This document shows positions 38,292 through 48,089 of a stretch of 52,279 bases of DNA, piece after piece. Below the pieces are notes generated by a model, which was given only the letters and a program-made list of their open reading frames with translations, had not been told where the DNA came from and did not search any database. The DNA is from a virus. The stretch's first letter is position 1, and every line of letters begins with the position of its first letter. The stretch is from UHGV virus genome UHGV-0197780; one strand, 5' to 3'. The position numbers and the translations under genes were made by a program.

Positions 38292-40007
38292 TGCTATATC
38301 TTCCTCATCGTATACGGATGTCATCACTGAACTGTTAAGCATGGCGCGCCCCAGCCCCATCATTAAACCAACCGCACCATCTATCTTGTTCTGCCGCCCT
38401 TCTTTCCCGGGACGCACAATATCGTCACTTCCGGGAAGGTACTGGCCGACGATATTGGAAATACACCAGTTCATGACAGGGTGTCCGTCATGATGGAATC
38501 TCCCCGAGATGAGCGCAGCCTCAATCTCTCTCATAGGATCACTCATATGGGTAAAATTTTGTCTTATCTCGACAGGCTCAAGCCCCTCTTCCTCAAGCAT
38601 GTGACGTAATGAAGTCGCGCCATAAGGATCAATGGGGCATTGGGCAATTTTTACGGTATTCCGCAGCTTCAGGATCGTTTCAAATATCAGCCTGTAATCA
38701 ACTTCGCCACCATCGGTCGGGATCAACTTACCCTGCCGGACAAAGGACTGATAACGTTCTGCGGTACTTTTCAGCGCGGTCTCCTGCGAGTAAATGGTTT
38801 CTTCTGGTGCCCAAAACAGAGGAGAAACACAGTAAAAATGTGTTATTCCGTCTATTTCACGACGAAAAACTGGAACCACGGCATTGAGGTCAACTTTCGA
38901 GGCCAGATCGATACCCAGCCAGCATTCTTCCCCTTCAAAATCTGACAACTTAAGGTTTTTATCGGCTGCATCCATCCATTTTCTCAGGTCGTAATAAGCT
39001 GATTTTGCGCTTACCCAGCGATTGAAATGCTTGGTCAGAATCTTGTTTGTCTGCCCGGGCGTCGACATACCCAATAATTGTTTAGCCCGGAGAAAATCTG
39101 CTTTTACCGAAATGCCATAGTTGGGGTTTGCCTTGATTAATGCCTCAGGAGTCGTCCAGTCATCATCGTCATCAAGGCCATAAATCAGACCAAATATGGT
39201 TTCATTTTCCTCGCCATTACGGGTTCTCCGCAGGATCTCTACAACCTGAGTACGCTTTTCATAGCAAGGGGATGTAATGTCATAGCCGGCAGTGGTGATG
39301 ATCAGTGTCATCGGTTGTTCACGAGCCCCCATACCGGTGGTCATGGTGGTGTAAAGCGCATCAGTAGTATGTTCGTGATATTCATCAATGATGGCGCATG
39401 ATGGCGAATCACCATCCCCCGGGTCACCGATCACAGGCGCAAAAACCGAACCGTCAGGGCGCGTCATTTTTTTTGCCCAGGGTTTTATCGAGAATTTTTG
39501 CCGCAATGCCGGCAGCTTTTTCACCATTTGCAGCGCCGGAGAAAATACCTTCCATGCCTGTTTTTCAGTCGTGGCGCCGCAATAGACTTCTGCACCATGC
39601 TCGCCATCTGCACAAAACATATAATTTCCTACAGCAGCGGCAATAGCGGATTTCCCGTTCTTCCTGGGCACCTCGATATAGATTTCAGAGAAACGACGCA
39701 GGCCTGTCTTCTTGTGTACCCATCCAAACGGTACGCCAAGAGCGAACTTCTGCCAGGCTTCAAATTCAATCCGGAGTTTACGCCGGGCCCATTCCCCTGA
39801 GGTATGAGGCATTTTCTGGGCAAAACGAAGAAATCGTTCTGCTTTGTTTTTATCGAAGCGGTAGGGCCAGTGGGGATCCTTTGCTCGTTCGAGGTCGTCC
39901 AGATGTCGCTGACAGGCAAGTACCGTTAACTGACACGCCAGAATCTTCCCGCCAACGATATCCCGCGCATACTGGTTCGCCGCATTGACGTTCGGATAGG
40001 TAGCCAT
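38286..40007 (-). CDS. terminase large subunit
   Basis: It has an ATPase N-domain and a nuclease C-domain. Its ATG overlaps the terS stop (ATGA). Confidence 0.85.
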   Translation of the reverse strand: MATYPNVNAANQYARDIVGGKILACQLTVLACQRHLDDLERAKDPHWPYRFDKNKAERFLRFAQKMPHTSGEWARRKLRIEFEAWQKFALGVPFGWVHKKTGLRRFSEIYIEVPRKNGKSAIAAAVGNYMFCADGEHGAEVYCGATTEKQAWKVFSPALQMVKKLPALRQKFSIKPWAKKMTRPDGSVFAPVIGDPGDGDSPSCAIIDEYHEHTTDALYTTMTTGMGAREQPMTLIITTAGYDITSPCYEKRTQVVEILRRTRNGEENETIFGLIYGLDDDDDWTTPEALIKANPNYGISVKADFLRAKQLLGMSTPGQTNKILTKHFNRWVSAKSAYYDLRKWMDAADKNLKLSDFEGEECWLGIDLASKVDLNAVVPVFRREIDGITHFYCVSPLFWAPEETIYSQETALKSTAERYQSFVRQGKLIPTDGGEVDYRLIFETILKLRNTVKIAQCPIDPYGATSLRHMLEEEGLEPVEIRQNFTHMSDPMREIEAALISGRFHHDGHPVMNWCISNIVGQYLPGSDDIVRPGKEGRQNKIDGAVGLMMGLGRAMLNSSVMTSVYDEEDIAC

Positions 40008-40441
40008 CAGTCAAACTCATCGAATTCATTCCCGTCATCGTCCGGATCCTTTTGTCCGCTGGTCATGCGAAGACGACTGAGCGGATCTAACCCCAACAGA
40101 GAGCCGAGGCGGGCAAGCTGGGAAACCGAGTCATTGCGGACATTAACTGCAGGGTGTTTTTTCAAGCCCCCCATTTCACTTTCTGAGGTCAGTCCGCTGG
40201 CCAGCATTTTTTCGGCTTCGAGCATCAGATGAAAAGCATTGCAGTAAGCCAGCAACAAAGGTGCGTCCTCCAGCTCAAACACCCCTCGGTCGATGAGTAT
40301 TTTGCTTTGCGTCTTCCACATTCTTATTGCCGCCTCCCCCATTAACTCAGCGGGAGGCGCAATACGTGTTAATTTGCTTTTTTGCCCGGTGGGTAAAGTG
40401 GGTTTTCGGCCACCACCGGACGATCGAATTCCTCCGGCCAT
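40007..40441 (-). CDS. terminase small subunit (P27 family)
   Basis: The sequence is P27-family-like. It lies directly upstream of terL. Confidence 0.7.
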   Translation of the reverse strand: MAGGIRSSGGGRKPTLPTGQKSKLTRIAPPAELMGEAAIRMWKTQSKILIDRGVFELEDAPLLLAYCNAFHLMLEAEKMLASGLTSESEMGGLKKHPAVNVRNDSVSQLARLGSLLGLDPLSRLRMTSGQKDPDDDGNEFDEFD

Positions 40442-40690
40442 AAACGTTCCTTTGATAGATGAAACCTTCCGGAAAAAAGTTTCTTATTTCTGGCGTGTAA
40501 AAATAGACTTCAACGGGCAGTCCCGAAGTGCGAAAGGGGTCAGGGATTTGATCCCCCCTTCCCCCTGGCTGCAGCTGCCTCAGTCGAGGTGGAGGTCGTC
40601 ATTCCGGCTGCGCCGGCGGCGAATACGGTTCGCACTGCGTGGGCCGGCATATATCAGACGTTCAATGAACACCAGTTGTTATACCGGCGG

Positions 40691-41122
40691 TCAGGATCCT
40701 GTCGCTGTAGCAGATCCTCCATCGGCCTGCAGTACGCTTTCTGGAAGCCGTTCATCTAATGGCTGGTTCTCGAAAACCTTCATCCCAAACTGACCAATCC
40801 AGGTGCTAACTGAGTTGATGTTCCCTGCGATGAAGTCGGTCACCTCGGCGATCAATCCTTTAACGACGACATCCGTGCTCTGACGCCAGTAATTCTCAAT
40901 CGCGACCAGCAACGGATCGGAACCATTACTGACAGATTGTTCACCTACGCTATACGTTTTTTTCTTCGCGCTATCGGTTATACATCGCAGCTGGCTGGTC
41001 TGGACGGCTCCAACCTCTGCTGCAATTACCTGCATCGTCAACGTAGCCACTTTGTTCCCGTCTGCATCAGCGCTGGATGCATAGAACATGGAGAGCGTCA
41101 GATCCGTGCGTTTATACATCAT
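40691..41122 (-). CDS. hypothetical protein
   Basis: An ORF with a plausible ATG ATG start, lying between HNH and terS. Confidence 0.35.
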   Translation of the reverse strand: MMYKRTDLTLSMFYASSADADGNKVATLTMQVIAAEVGAVQTSQLRCITDSAKKKTYSVGEQSVSNGSDPLLVAIENYWRQSTDVVVKGLIAEVTDFIAGNINSVSTWIGQFGMKVFENQPLDERLPESVLQADGGSATATGS

Positions 41123-41391
41123 TGCTTACCTCCCCTACGATGGCGGGAACGACGACCGCCGGGAAACGGAGATTGTTGATCCTGTACCAGCTCACCCACT
41201 AAAGGTTCCTGGGCCGACTCAGCAGCCGGTGCCGGTGCAATATCATGCGCAATCGTCAGTTTCAGCAGTGGGCGGCCGCCCTGGACATGCTCAAAATGGA
41301 TGCCATGCACGGCTTCATTCATTCGTGACTGACCATCAGTCTCCAGAACGGTCAAAACGCCATCAACGTATTCAATTTTGAAACTCTTCAT
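41119..41391 (-). CDS. hypothetical protein
   Basis: The ATG at 41391 gives MKSFKIEYVDG…. The listed ORF starts with GTG further upstream. Confidence 0.3.
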   Translation of the reverse strand: MKSFKIEYVDGVLTVLETDGQSRMNEAVHGIHFEHVQGGRPLLKLTIAHDIAPAPAAESAQEPLVGELVQDQQSPFPGGRRSRHRRGGKQ

Positions 41392-41750
41392 CGGGTTCTC
41401 TCTGTTGCTGTTTTCTTGCTGTGGCAGGTCCAGCACAATGACTCCAGATTAAAGTCATCATCGGTACCACCATGAGCTTTAGGAATGATGTGGTCGACAC
41501 TTGAAGCTTTCGTGGCAATACCGTCTCGCCTGCAGTTCTGACAAAGGTATTTATCCCTCTTCATGATACGGGCCCGTTTAATTTCCCACGGACGACCATA
41601 ACCACGTTCATGCCGAGTTTTTCCGGGCTGATAGTTACGCCAGCCATCACCGGCGTGTTGCTGCCGATGGATCTCACAGAACCCACTGACATCATTCGTT
41701 ACTGCCGTGCATCCTTTGTGCCGGCAAGGTCGTTTAGCGCGTGGAGGCAT
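41388..41750 (-). CDS. HNH endonuclease (terminase-associated, cos-type packaging)
   Basis: Cys/His clusters CRHKGC…C…H and HIIPKAHGG…N…CWTCH mark an HNH domain. The position upstream of terS fits HK97-like phages. Confidence 0.7.
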   Translation of the reverse strand: MPPRAKRPCRHKGCTAVTNDVSGFCEIHRQQHAGDGWRNYQPGKTRHERGYGRPWEIKRARIMKRDKYLCQNCRRDGIATKASSVDHIIPKAHGGTDDDFNLESLCWTCHSKKTATERTR

Positions 41751-41903
41751 AACTTTTTCCGAAGTTAGTGATAACGCAGTCGTTAACACCGTTTTGTGTT
41801 ACAGGGATGATGCCAGGGTGAACTTGGGTGAACTTGATGCCATATTCACCCCAATAAAAAGCCCCGCATAAGCGGGGCTGTAGATTCAGAAATATGGTTT
41901 TGG

Positions 41904-42128
41904 CTACTGGTAGGTATATGCGAAATGCCCTTCGATCTGAGATCTGACATCAACAGTTTCGTCTAACTTTAAGGAATCATAGCCCTTAATATGGAAATGA
42001 GGCTCATATGCATAAATCGTAATAAATGCATATGACCCTTCATCTCCCGTGAAAATCTCATATTTGACGCGAGAAAGACCGGCACCAACTAACATGTATG
42101 TATCCAGAAGCTTCTGGGTATTCATCAT
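41904..42128 (-). CDS. hypothetical 74-aa protein (AT-rich moron region)
   Basis: A clean ATG ATG start in low-GC DNA. Confidence 0.3.
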   Translation of the reverse strand: MMNTQKLLDTYMLVGAGLSRVKYEIFTGDEGSYAFITIYAYEPHFHIKGYDSLKLDETVDVRSQIEGHFAYTYQ

Positions 42129-42231
42129 CCATTCCTTTTCCTTTAAAAATCCTTATCAGCATACATGAATTCGATGGATGACGACTGCAATGAATTCTTG
42201 CAGGCTTCAAAAAAACCTCAACATCAGTAAG

Positions 42232-42420
42232 TTAATACCCATACAGCCCCCCAAATATGCCAAAAAATAAAGCAGAAAGCAGCCAGGCAAGTGCAGTCTT
42301 CTTCATTAGCACTCCGTAAAATGCTATAGACATTGCTAGACACATCGTTATAAAAACTGGCCACATAGTCAATAAAAAAAGCAAATAACCAAAAAACCCA
42401 CTATTAATAGTTATATTCAC
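42232..42420 (-). CDS. small hydrophobic 2-TM peptide (62 aa)
   Basis: GTG start. The peptide has two strongly hydrophobic segments. Confidence 0.25.
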   Translation of the reverse strand: MNITINSGFFGYLLFLLTMWPVFITMCLAMSIAFYGVLMKKTALAWLLSALFFGIFGGLYGY

Positions 42421-42999
42421 CGCTAACTTAACCCTGACGTTCTAAATATGAGCTGTATCGCATGACACCATGCAATCTGTTCTTTCTGGCGAACTATAGC
42501 ATTATCAAAGCCACTTAGTGAATGCTTGATGCCTTAGCCGCTGAGCTCCGTTAACTGATTTACACCCGCTACGCTTGTTATATCCGGAGTGTTGTCTAAA
42601 CTATCTAATGACTTTGCTCTGCCACGACAAAGTCCGTCGTTCTACCTGTGAGCTTAGGGATGAGCCACTTCCTGTAGTATCTGGCCTTCCATTTTTTCTC
42701 AAAACCAGTAGAAAAACATCCCGCAATCTGACTATACTCCTACATTGGCTGCCCCTGCAGCACCCCGTCAATCTGTCGGATTTACTCCACGGGGTTTTTT
42801 ATAACCTGAAACTGCTGGACAAAAGACTCCAAGAACTAAGCCCACCAGCAGCACATTTCCAGGATATCCATAAACAGGATACCTAAGAGTTGTTATGTCC
42901 TTCGAACATATAAGGCGCGTATGATGATTAGTTATATTCAAACCTGAGCTCATCAAGCCTTAATGGTTTTCTTATAAAAGTATTTTTGCATTAGATAAT

Positions 43000-43372
43000 G
43001 AGTATCTGCCCCTCGCACAATGCGCAAAGCATAGGGGAGGATTCATCGTAATCACCATTTCCATCGGTGTAATTATTAACCACCCAAAGAGTGTAATCAA
43101 TCGTGTCATCTCTGACAAGATTGATATTCCCAGCATTCTGTTCACCTCGTAAAATATACTTACCTTGCTTATCTTTTATACCATGAGAGAGAGTCCCACT
43201 CCTTTATTAAAATAATAGATAAAATCTTAAGTCCACCATCTGATACAAGTACTTCCAATGACAGTTTGTCACCTGAAGCTGGATCAGACATTCTTGCATA
43301 ACATTTTCTAATCACAACCAACCTACTCATTTTTGGGTAGGGTATAAGCAAGGCAGGGACTGAATTCAACAA
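43000..43372 (-). pseudogene. frameshifted gene remnant in AT-rich spacer
   Basis: A 67-codon ORF (43169-43372) is followed in the +1 frame by a further ~70 stop-free codons (…HGIKDKQGKYILRGEQNAGNINLVRDDTIDYTLWVVNNYTDGNGDYDESSPMLCALCEGQILII*). That length is unusual for 30% GC DNA. Confidence 0.25.
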
Positions 43373-43381
43373 GAAAATAAC

Positions 43382-43624
43382 CTATCGGGCTATCGCTTTA
43401 TAATAAGCCTGCCAGCGGTACTTATCCAATCTCAGTTGCCGCAAGCACTGAGTGCTTTCAATATCAGCCTGCAGATCTTCGTCGCTGTCCTTCGCGGCGT
43501 CACTTGCTTTGCACGGCGGGCTCATCAAATCCGGGGATGGAGTTGGCAGCATCGATGGCGCGCTGACGCAGCTGCACAGCATCATCATCAAACCTGCATA
43601 CAATACGATTCGGAGACTGAACAT
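43382..43624 (-). CDS. Rz1-like o-spanin lipoprotein, overlapping the 3' end of Rz in another frame
   Basis: A lipobox-like LCSC is followed by the Pro-rich segment [17 protein letters not shown]. It is out of frame with Rz. Confidence 0.4.
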   Translation of the reverse strand: MFSLRIVLYAGLMMMLCSCVSAPSMLPTPSPDLMSPPCKASDAAKDSDEDLQADIESTQCLRQLRLDKYRWQAYYKAIAR

Positions 43625-43850
43625 ATTTCACCACGTCACGGGTTATTGTTTTGTAGATGACCTTACCCGCTTCGTTAGCAGTAGCGGCCTTTTCCTCTAC
43701 AGGCTTAATGGTACTCTCGGCCTTCTCTCTCTTCTTTGAAGCTTGAGCATTGATGTGATCAGCGTGAGAACTCCAGCCTGAGCGCCACGAAATCACGTTA
43801 GAGGCCAGCAGGATTGTTATAGCGATGATAACGGCGGTTAAGCGACTCAT
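43500..43850 (-). CDS. Rz-like i-spanin
   Basis: An N-terminal TM is followed by a charged coiled coil. The ATG at 43850 overlaps the endolysin stop (ATGA) and has a GGGAG SD. Confidence 0.55.
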   Translation of the reverse strand: MSRLTAVIIAITILLASNVISWRSGWSSHADHINAQASKKREKAESTIKPVEEKAATANEAGKVIYKTITRDVVKYVQSPNRIVCRFDDDAVQLRQRAIDAANSIPGFDEPAVQSK

Positions 43851-44350
43851 CTTTGCTCCCATAAACAAACTTCACGCTCAACTTCCCTCCGGGTAATAAG
43901 TCCTTTCCACTGCTTACCTTTGGCATAGGTCCAGCGACGTAGCTGATCACATGCCCCTTTCTGGTCACCCTGGTTGATTCTGCGCAGTAGCGTTGAGGTC
44001 CGAAAGTTACCAGCGCCGACGTTATAGGCGAACGAGTACAGAGCCCCACGCATCGTTTCGGGGATCGGCTTCTGGATGTATGGGTCAATCTGGCGGGCAA
44101 CGGTGTTCAGGTCTTTACTAAGCAGCGCGCGGCATTCAGCCTCGGTGTACCTCTTACCGAGCATTATGTCTTTGCCAGTGTGGCCATAGCAGACAGTCCA
44201 GACACCAACCACATCCTGATAGGGATCGTATCGCACACCCTCAAGGCCATCGTTACCGGTCGGGCCGGTGATGAGCGCTGAAGCAATGGCTATGGCTCCC
44301 CCGCCGACGGCAGCGATAACGCTATTCCTCAGCCTTGTTGACATAGCCAT
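43847..44350 (-). CDS. SAR endolysin (T4-lysozyme-like muramidase with signal-anchor-release domain)
   Basis: The N-terminus [18 protein letters not shown] is a Gly/Ala-rich SAR segment. The catalytic motif is E-x8-D-x5-T ([18 protein letters not shown]). Confidence 0.8.
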   Translation of the reverse strand: MAMSTRLRNSVIAAVGGGAIAIASALITGPTGNDGLEGVRYDPYQDVVGVWTVCYGHTGKDIMLGKRYTEAECRALLSKDLNTVARQIDPYIQKPIPETMRGALYSFAYNVGAGNFRTSTLLRRINQGDQKGACDQLRRWTYAKGKQWKGLITRREVEREVCLWEQR

Positions 44351-44591
44351 TGAGCCGGTCCTCTCGTTCTTTTCTTCGGTAATACCAGTTCACGCCGCAG
44401 GTAATAACGGTGCATGAGATACCGACAATGATTGCCCAGTCACTCAGGGTCAGCCCTGCAATTTTGTCGGCCAAAATCCATACCTCTGTTTTAGCTGTGT
44501 CAGCGTATGCCTTTGCGGAGACACCGCAGCCCGTCAGTGCGGTACCGGTGCCGTAGGAAAGTCTGCTGTATATGGTGCTCATTCTTGTCAT
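44322..44591 (-). CDS. holin with dual-start motif (MTRMST…), pinholin-like partner of the SAR endolysin
   Basis: A strong GGAGGTGAGG SD precedes the ATG at 44591. A second Met lies 3 codons later after an Arg, the S107/S105-like antiholin/holin arrangement. The protein has two TM segments and its end overlaps the endolysin start. Confidence 0.6.
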   Translation of the reverse strand: MTRMSTIYSRLSYGTGTALTGCGVSAKAYADTAKTEVWILADKIAGLTLSDWAIIVGISCTVITCGVNWYYRRKEREDRLNGYVNKAEE

Positions 44592-44771
44592 AACCTCACC
44601 TCCGCTGATTACGGATGGCGCTGTGTGCATGAAGGGGTCAGGCCCATCGGGCTGATTTGACAACGAGCCGTATCGATGATGATTCCCGTGAGCCTGAAAA
44701 AAGAAAGGCCACGCAAAGCGCAGCCTTCAAACGATGTTTTCCTTTGGTTACTGAATCGCCTGATTGATGGC

Positions 44772-44797
44772 GTAAAAAAGCCCGCCGTGAGGCGGGC
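44772..44797 (-). terminator. tR'-like intrinsic terminator upstream of the lysis cassette
   Basis: On the minus strand GCCCGCCTCACGGCGGGC is followed by TTTTTTACGCC. It sits ~110 nt upstream of the holin start and ~500 nt downstream of hicB. Confidence 0.5.
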
Positions 44798-45305
44798 ACA
44801 AAGTAGGCATTCTAGGTAGTAACGAAACGAAGGCATCCCTAATAGTCCGAGCTACCGATTTACCAGGAAGCATTCACTTTTGCCGTTACGTTCTATAAAC
44901 ATAGAAGGGCAACCGTAAAAGTAAACCCACTATGAAATATTCAATATGCTTAGTGACAGTGTGGTGCCGGGTGCCTCCCGGTGAGCATGCCCCAGTCGGC
45001 ATGGCCCGCGCTGCATTTACAGGTTTCTGTAACTGACTGGTCGCCCCTCCGCACAGGGGGATTCACCACATCAATACCTTATGATGGGAAGATTCTATAC
45101 GTCAATACCATAGGCGTATTGCTAAGCCACCAGCTATGCAGCAACTCCATCAGAAATAACCAGTTATCGAGGTAATGGCATTTTCAGAGCCCCCCGGATT
45201 ACATTAGGATGGTTTGGATAAAGGACTCAGCTGATTTAGCAACAAGCCGTATCCATAAATGAAAAGGCCGCCAGTACGGCGACCTTTGATTAGGATATAT
45301 AGAGA

Positions 45306-45713
45306 TTAGTGGACGACAATTTCCATCTTTTGCCCCAACGCTGATAGCGCTTTTTGGATCGTATCGATTTTGGTGCTGTGACCAAGAGACACGATGCGCT
45401 GCACTTCCTGTGGGCGCGTGTTAATCATGCGGGCGAGATCAGCATTGCTGGTGTTGGTGCTGACCAGACGGTTTAACAGCAATACTTTAGCTGCCACGCT
45501 GGCCGGAACCTCAACAAACGCATCACCTTCTGCTGATGGAGCGGGAATCTCCCGGCGGTCGTCAAAGTAAAAATCAAACGCCGTCACCAGGGCATCTTGC
45601 GCCATTTCTAACGCTTCCTCCCTGGTCTCTCCTCCCGTCATTGCCTCTGGGATATCCGGAAAGAATACCGCCCAGCCGGTTTCGTCATGCTCAAAAATTA
45701 CCGGGTATCGCAT
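45306..45713 (-). CDS. hicB: HicB antitoxin (RNase-H-like N-domain + C-terminal HTH)
   Basis: The N-terminus MRYPVIFEHDETGWAVFFPDIPEAMTGGETREEALEMAQDAL is the canonical HicB N-domain. Confidence 0.8.
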   Translation of the reverse strand: MRYPVIFEHDETGWAVFFPDIPEAMTGGETREEALEMAQDALVTAFDFYFDDRREIPAPSAEGDAFVEVPASVAAKVLLLNRLVSTNTSNADLARMINTRPQEVQRIVSLGHSTKIDTIQKALSALGQKMEIVVH

Positions 45714-45760
45714 ATTGATTAAGTGAACCTCCGCGAGTACCAGCCCCGAGGGGCTGGATT

Positions 45761-45934
45761 TTATTTGATACCGAGTTGCTTAAGAATTGCCTTCCTCAGC
45801 GGTTCCGGTATTTCCTTCCCCGGATGTCTCGGCATTACCGTTTGCTTGCCGTTGAGATAGATTTTCAAGTGGTTAGTACCATCTTTAAATTCTGCCCCTT
45901 GAGCTGCAAGCCAACGCCTCAACTCGCTTTGCTT
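45761..45934 (-). CDS. hicA: HicA mRNA-interferase toxin
   Basis: LNGKQTVMPRHPGKEIPEPLRKAILKQLGI is the HicA motif. The GTG start has a perfect GGAGGAGGAA SD. The listed ORF is extended upstream from a TTG. Confidence 0.75.
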   Translation of the reverse strand, partial: KQSELRRWLAAQGAEFKDGTNHLKIYLNGKQTVMPRHPGKEIPEPLRKAILKQLGIK

Positions 45935-45970
45935 CACTTCCTCCTCCTGTCTGTTTAACTTGAGACAAGT

Positions 45971-46022
45971 ATAAACATTTTTGTTTATAGCATCAAGCAA
46001 AGAATAAACATTTTTGTTTATA
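45971..46022. promoter_or_regulatory. two copies of the palindrome ATAAACAtttttGTTTAT upstream of hicAB (candidate HicB operator/promoter)
   Basis: Exact 18-bp palindromes lie at 45971-45988 and 46004-46021. Confidence 0.5.
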
Positions 46023-46333
46023 TAAATAACAGAGGGAGCTATTGCCCAACACCTCTACGCCACGGTGAGGCGAAGCAAATCAATTATGCGATATACGACG
46101 ATGTGACAAGGGTACTGATGCAATGCATCTCGCGAATACCCCCTGTCGTATCGCCGGAAAGCAAAAACCCCGCCGAGCGGCAGGGTTCTAATGGTTAAGC
46201 GGTGTGTCGAAGTGACCACTCTTAACAGATTACGATAGTTTTTGCGTACGCGTTAGTGTTTTTATATGATATTAGAAAAATCAACACGGAAGTACAAAAC
46301 GTGAGCGAGATCATAAAATTAAGAGGGCTGATG

Positions 46334-48085
46334 AGTTCAAAAACCATAGAGCCGTTCATCCGACACATTAGGTTTCCTTTCTATAAAAATCTTGAAGAGT
46401 TCAGTGTAATTAATTTTAATTATCCTATCACAGCATTAGTAGGACAAAACGGAACAAATAAGAGTTCGGTTTTAAGGGCCCTCTATGGCTCTCCTAATAA
46501 CTACTCTCTTGGTAGCTTGTGGTTTTCCACTGACATTGATGAAATAAAAGATGATGGAAGATCAAGATTCATATATGGTTATTTCGATTATTCAATCAAA
46601 GAAGTTGTCGAAGTAATTAAAACAAGGATCGTTGACCCTGATGATCCTGATCTTTGGGAAACATCTAGACCACTTGCAGGTGATGGCATGAAAAAAATGC
46701 CAAAAAATATTGTTTCCCCAAATCAACAAAAGTCGCGATGGAAACAAATTGATAAATTAGTTACCTATATCGACTTCAGGGCATCAATAAGTGCTTTTGA
46801 CAAATTTTTTTACCACTCTGACTTTAATCTTTATCCTAAGAAAACTTTTTTACGTAAAAGAAGCCACATATTAAAAGATGTAATTGAAAACAATTCATCC
46901 AGCTGCAAACCTTTCAAGGGTAAAAAGGAGAGGTTATATAATAACGAACTTCTTTCCAAAGAGAAAGTTGAAATTATAAGCCATATTTTAGGTCGAACTT
47001 ATAAAAGCATCAGACTAGTGGAGCATGCCCTCTTCACTAATGATAAAGCATCTACAGTTATACTGGAATCAAACAGTCTTAACTATTCTGAAGCCTTTGC
47101 AGGCAGTGGTGAATTTGCAGTAACTTTATTGGTTAATCAGATAATAAACGCCCCAAATGCTTCTTTAATCTTATTAGATGAACCAGAAGTTTCGCTCCAT
47201 CCTGCTGCACAAATAAGACTCATGGAATTTTTAAACCAAATTTGTCTTAAAAACAAACATCAGGTTGTTATTTCGACCCATTCGTCATCAATTGTAAGGG
47301 ATCTTCCTCAAGAGTCTATAAAACTTTTTACATTAAATTCCACAACAGGCAAAGTAAGTATTCTTGAAAATGTTAGTCCAGAGGAGGCATTTTTCACTCT
47401 CGGTGACAGACTGTCAAAAAAAACAATTTTCGTCGAAGATAAACTCGCTCAGAAATTCGTTGAAAAGGCTTTAAAAACTGGTGGTTCAGCTTTAGTCAAT
47501 ACATTTGATATAATTTACTGTCCTGCTGGAGCAACCACTTTACTAGGTAATATTGCTGTCCCGTTATTTTTATCCAATGTAACTAATGCAGTATTTTTAT
47601 TGGATGGAGATCAAAAAACACTTACTGACTTTATAAAGTCCACCCAAATTCCAGAAGACCAAGATCCTGCTCTATCTGAAATATTAAAAAGCATCCTTGG
47701 GTGTGAAATAAAAATTCCGACAGATGGAAATGGCGGCAAACCTAATGAGAAGCAAAAAAAGCTTCTTCATCGTGGATTTATTGATTTCTCATATAATTTC
47801 ATAGGTTATTTACCGGTAATAAACCCAGAGGTTTTTTTAATCGAAAACCTACCTGACTTTTATTTAGATTTAATCAAAGACAAGGACACAGCAGGCCTAT
47901 CACCCAAAGAAATAACCGTGGAAATATGTAAAAATGATATTGGGAGCAATGAAATTACATCAGATGATATATTTGCCACGCAAATCAGAATCCTATCAAA
48001 AATACCTGATAATCATCCTGCATTTATAGAAACAAGAGAGATGCTGAAATTTTTTCTTGAACATGGTATGATCAGGGATAAGTAA
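46334..48085 (+). CDS. OLD-family nuclease: N-terminal ABC-type ATPase + C-terminal TOPRIM (P2 Old / PARIS AriAB-like)
   Basis: ATPase motifs are Walker A ALVGQNGTNKSSVLRAL, Walker B/D-loop LILLDEPEVSLHP and H-loop VISTHS. The C-terminal TOPRIM-like motifs are TIFVEDK (Glu) and VFLLDGDQ (DxD). The ATG at 46334 gives a 583-aa product. The gene is AT-rich, on the opposite strand to the phage genes, and ends 4 nt before the MTase gene. Confidence 0.65.
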   Translation, partial: SSKTIEPFIRHIRFPFYKNLEEFSVINFNYPITALVGQNGTNKSSVLRALYGSPNNYSLGSLWFSTDIDEIKDDGRSRFIYGYFDYSIKEVVEVIKTRIVDPDDPDLWETSRPLAGDGMKKMPKNIVSPNQQKSRWKQIDKLVTYIDFRASISAFDKFFYHSDFNLYPKKTFLRKRSHILKDVIENNSSSCKPFKGKKERLYNNELLSKEKVEIISHILGRTYKSIRLVEHALFTNDKASTVILESNSLNYSEAFAGSGEFAVTLLVNQIINAPNASLILLDEPEVSLHPAAQIRLMEFLNQICLKNKHQVVISTHSSSIVRDLPQESIKLFTLNSTTGKVSILENVSPEEAFFTLGDRLSKKTIFVEDKLAQKFVEKALKTGGSALVNTFDIIYCPAGATTLLGNIAVPLFLSNVTNAVFLLDGDQKTLTDFIKSTQIPEDQDPALSEILKSILGCEIKIPTDGNGGKPNEKQKKLLHRGFIDFSYNFIGYLPVINPEVFLIENLPDFYLDLIKDKDTAGLSPKEITVEICKNDIGSNEITSDDIFATQIRILSKIPDNHPAFIETREMLKFFLEHGMIRDK

Positions 48086-48089
48086 AGTT

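Noticed and set aside
40442-40690. Possible cos site upstream of terS
   Set aside because: This is the expected location for an HNH-terminase cos phage, but no recognisable cos sequence or cohesive-end signature can be asserted from the sequence alone.
44981-45175. 64-aa plus-strand ORF between hicB and the holin
   Set aside because: It lies antisense within a hairpin-rich putative late leader and has no start context. It is more likely part of the regulatory RNA region.
46256-46333. Listed N-terminal 26 codons of the OLD-like ORF
   Set aside because: The listed start is a GTG without an SD. The ATG at 46334 has an AGAGGG SD and gives the canonical OLD/AriA N-terminus (…IRF.FYKNLEEFSV.NF).
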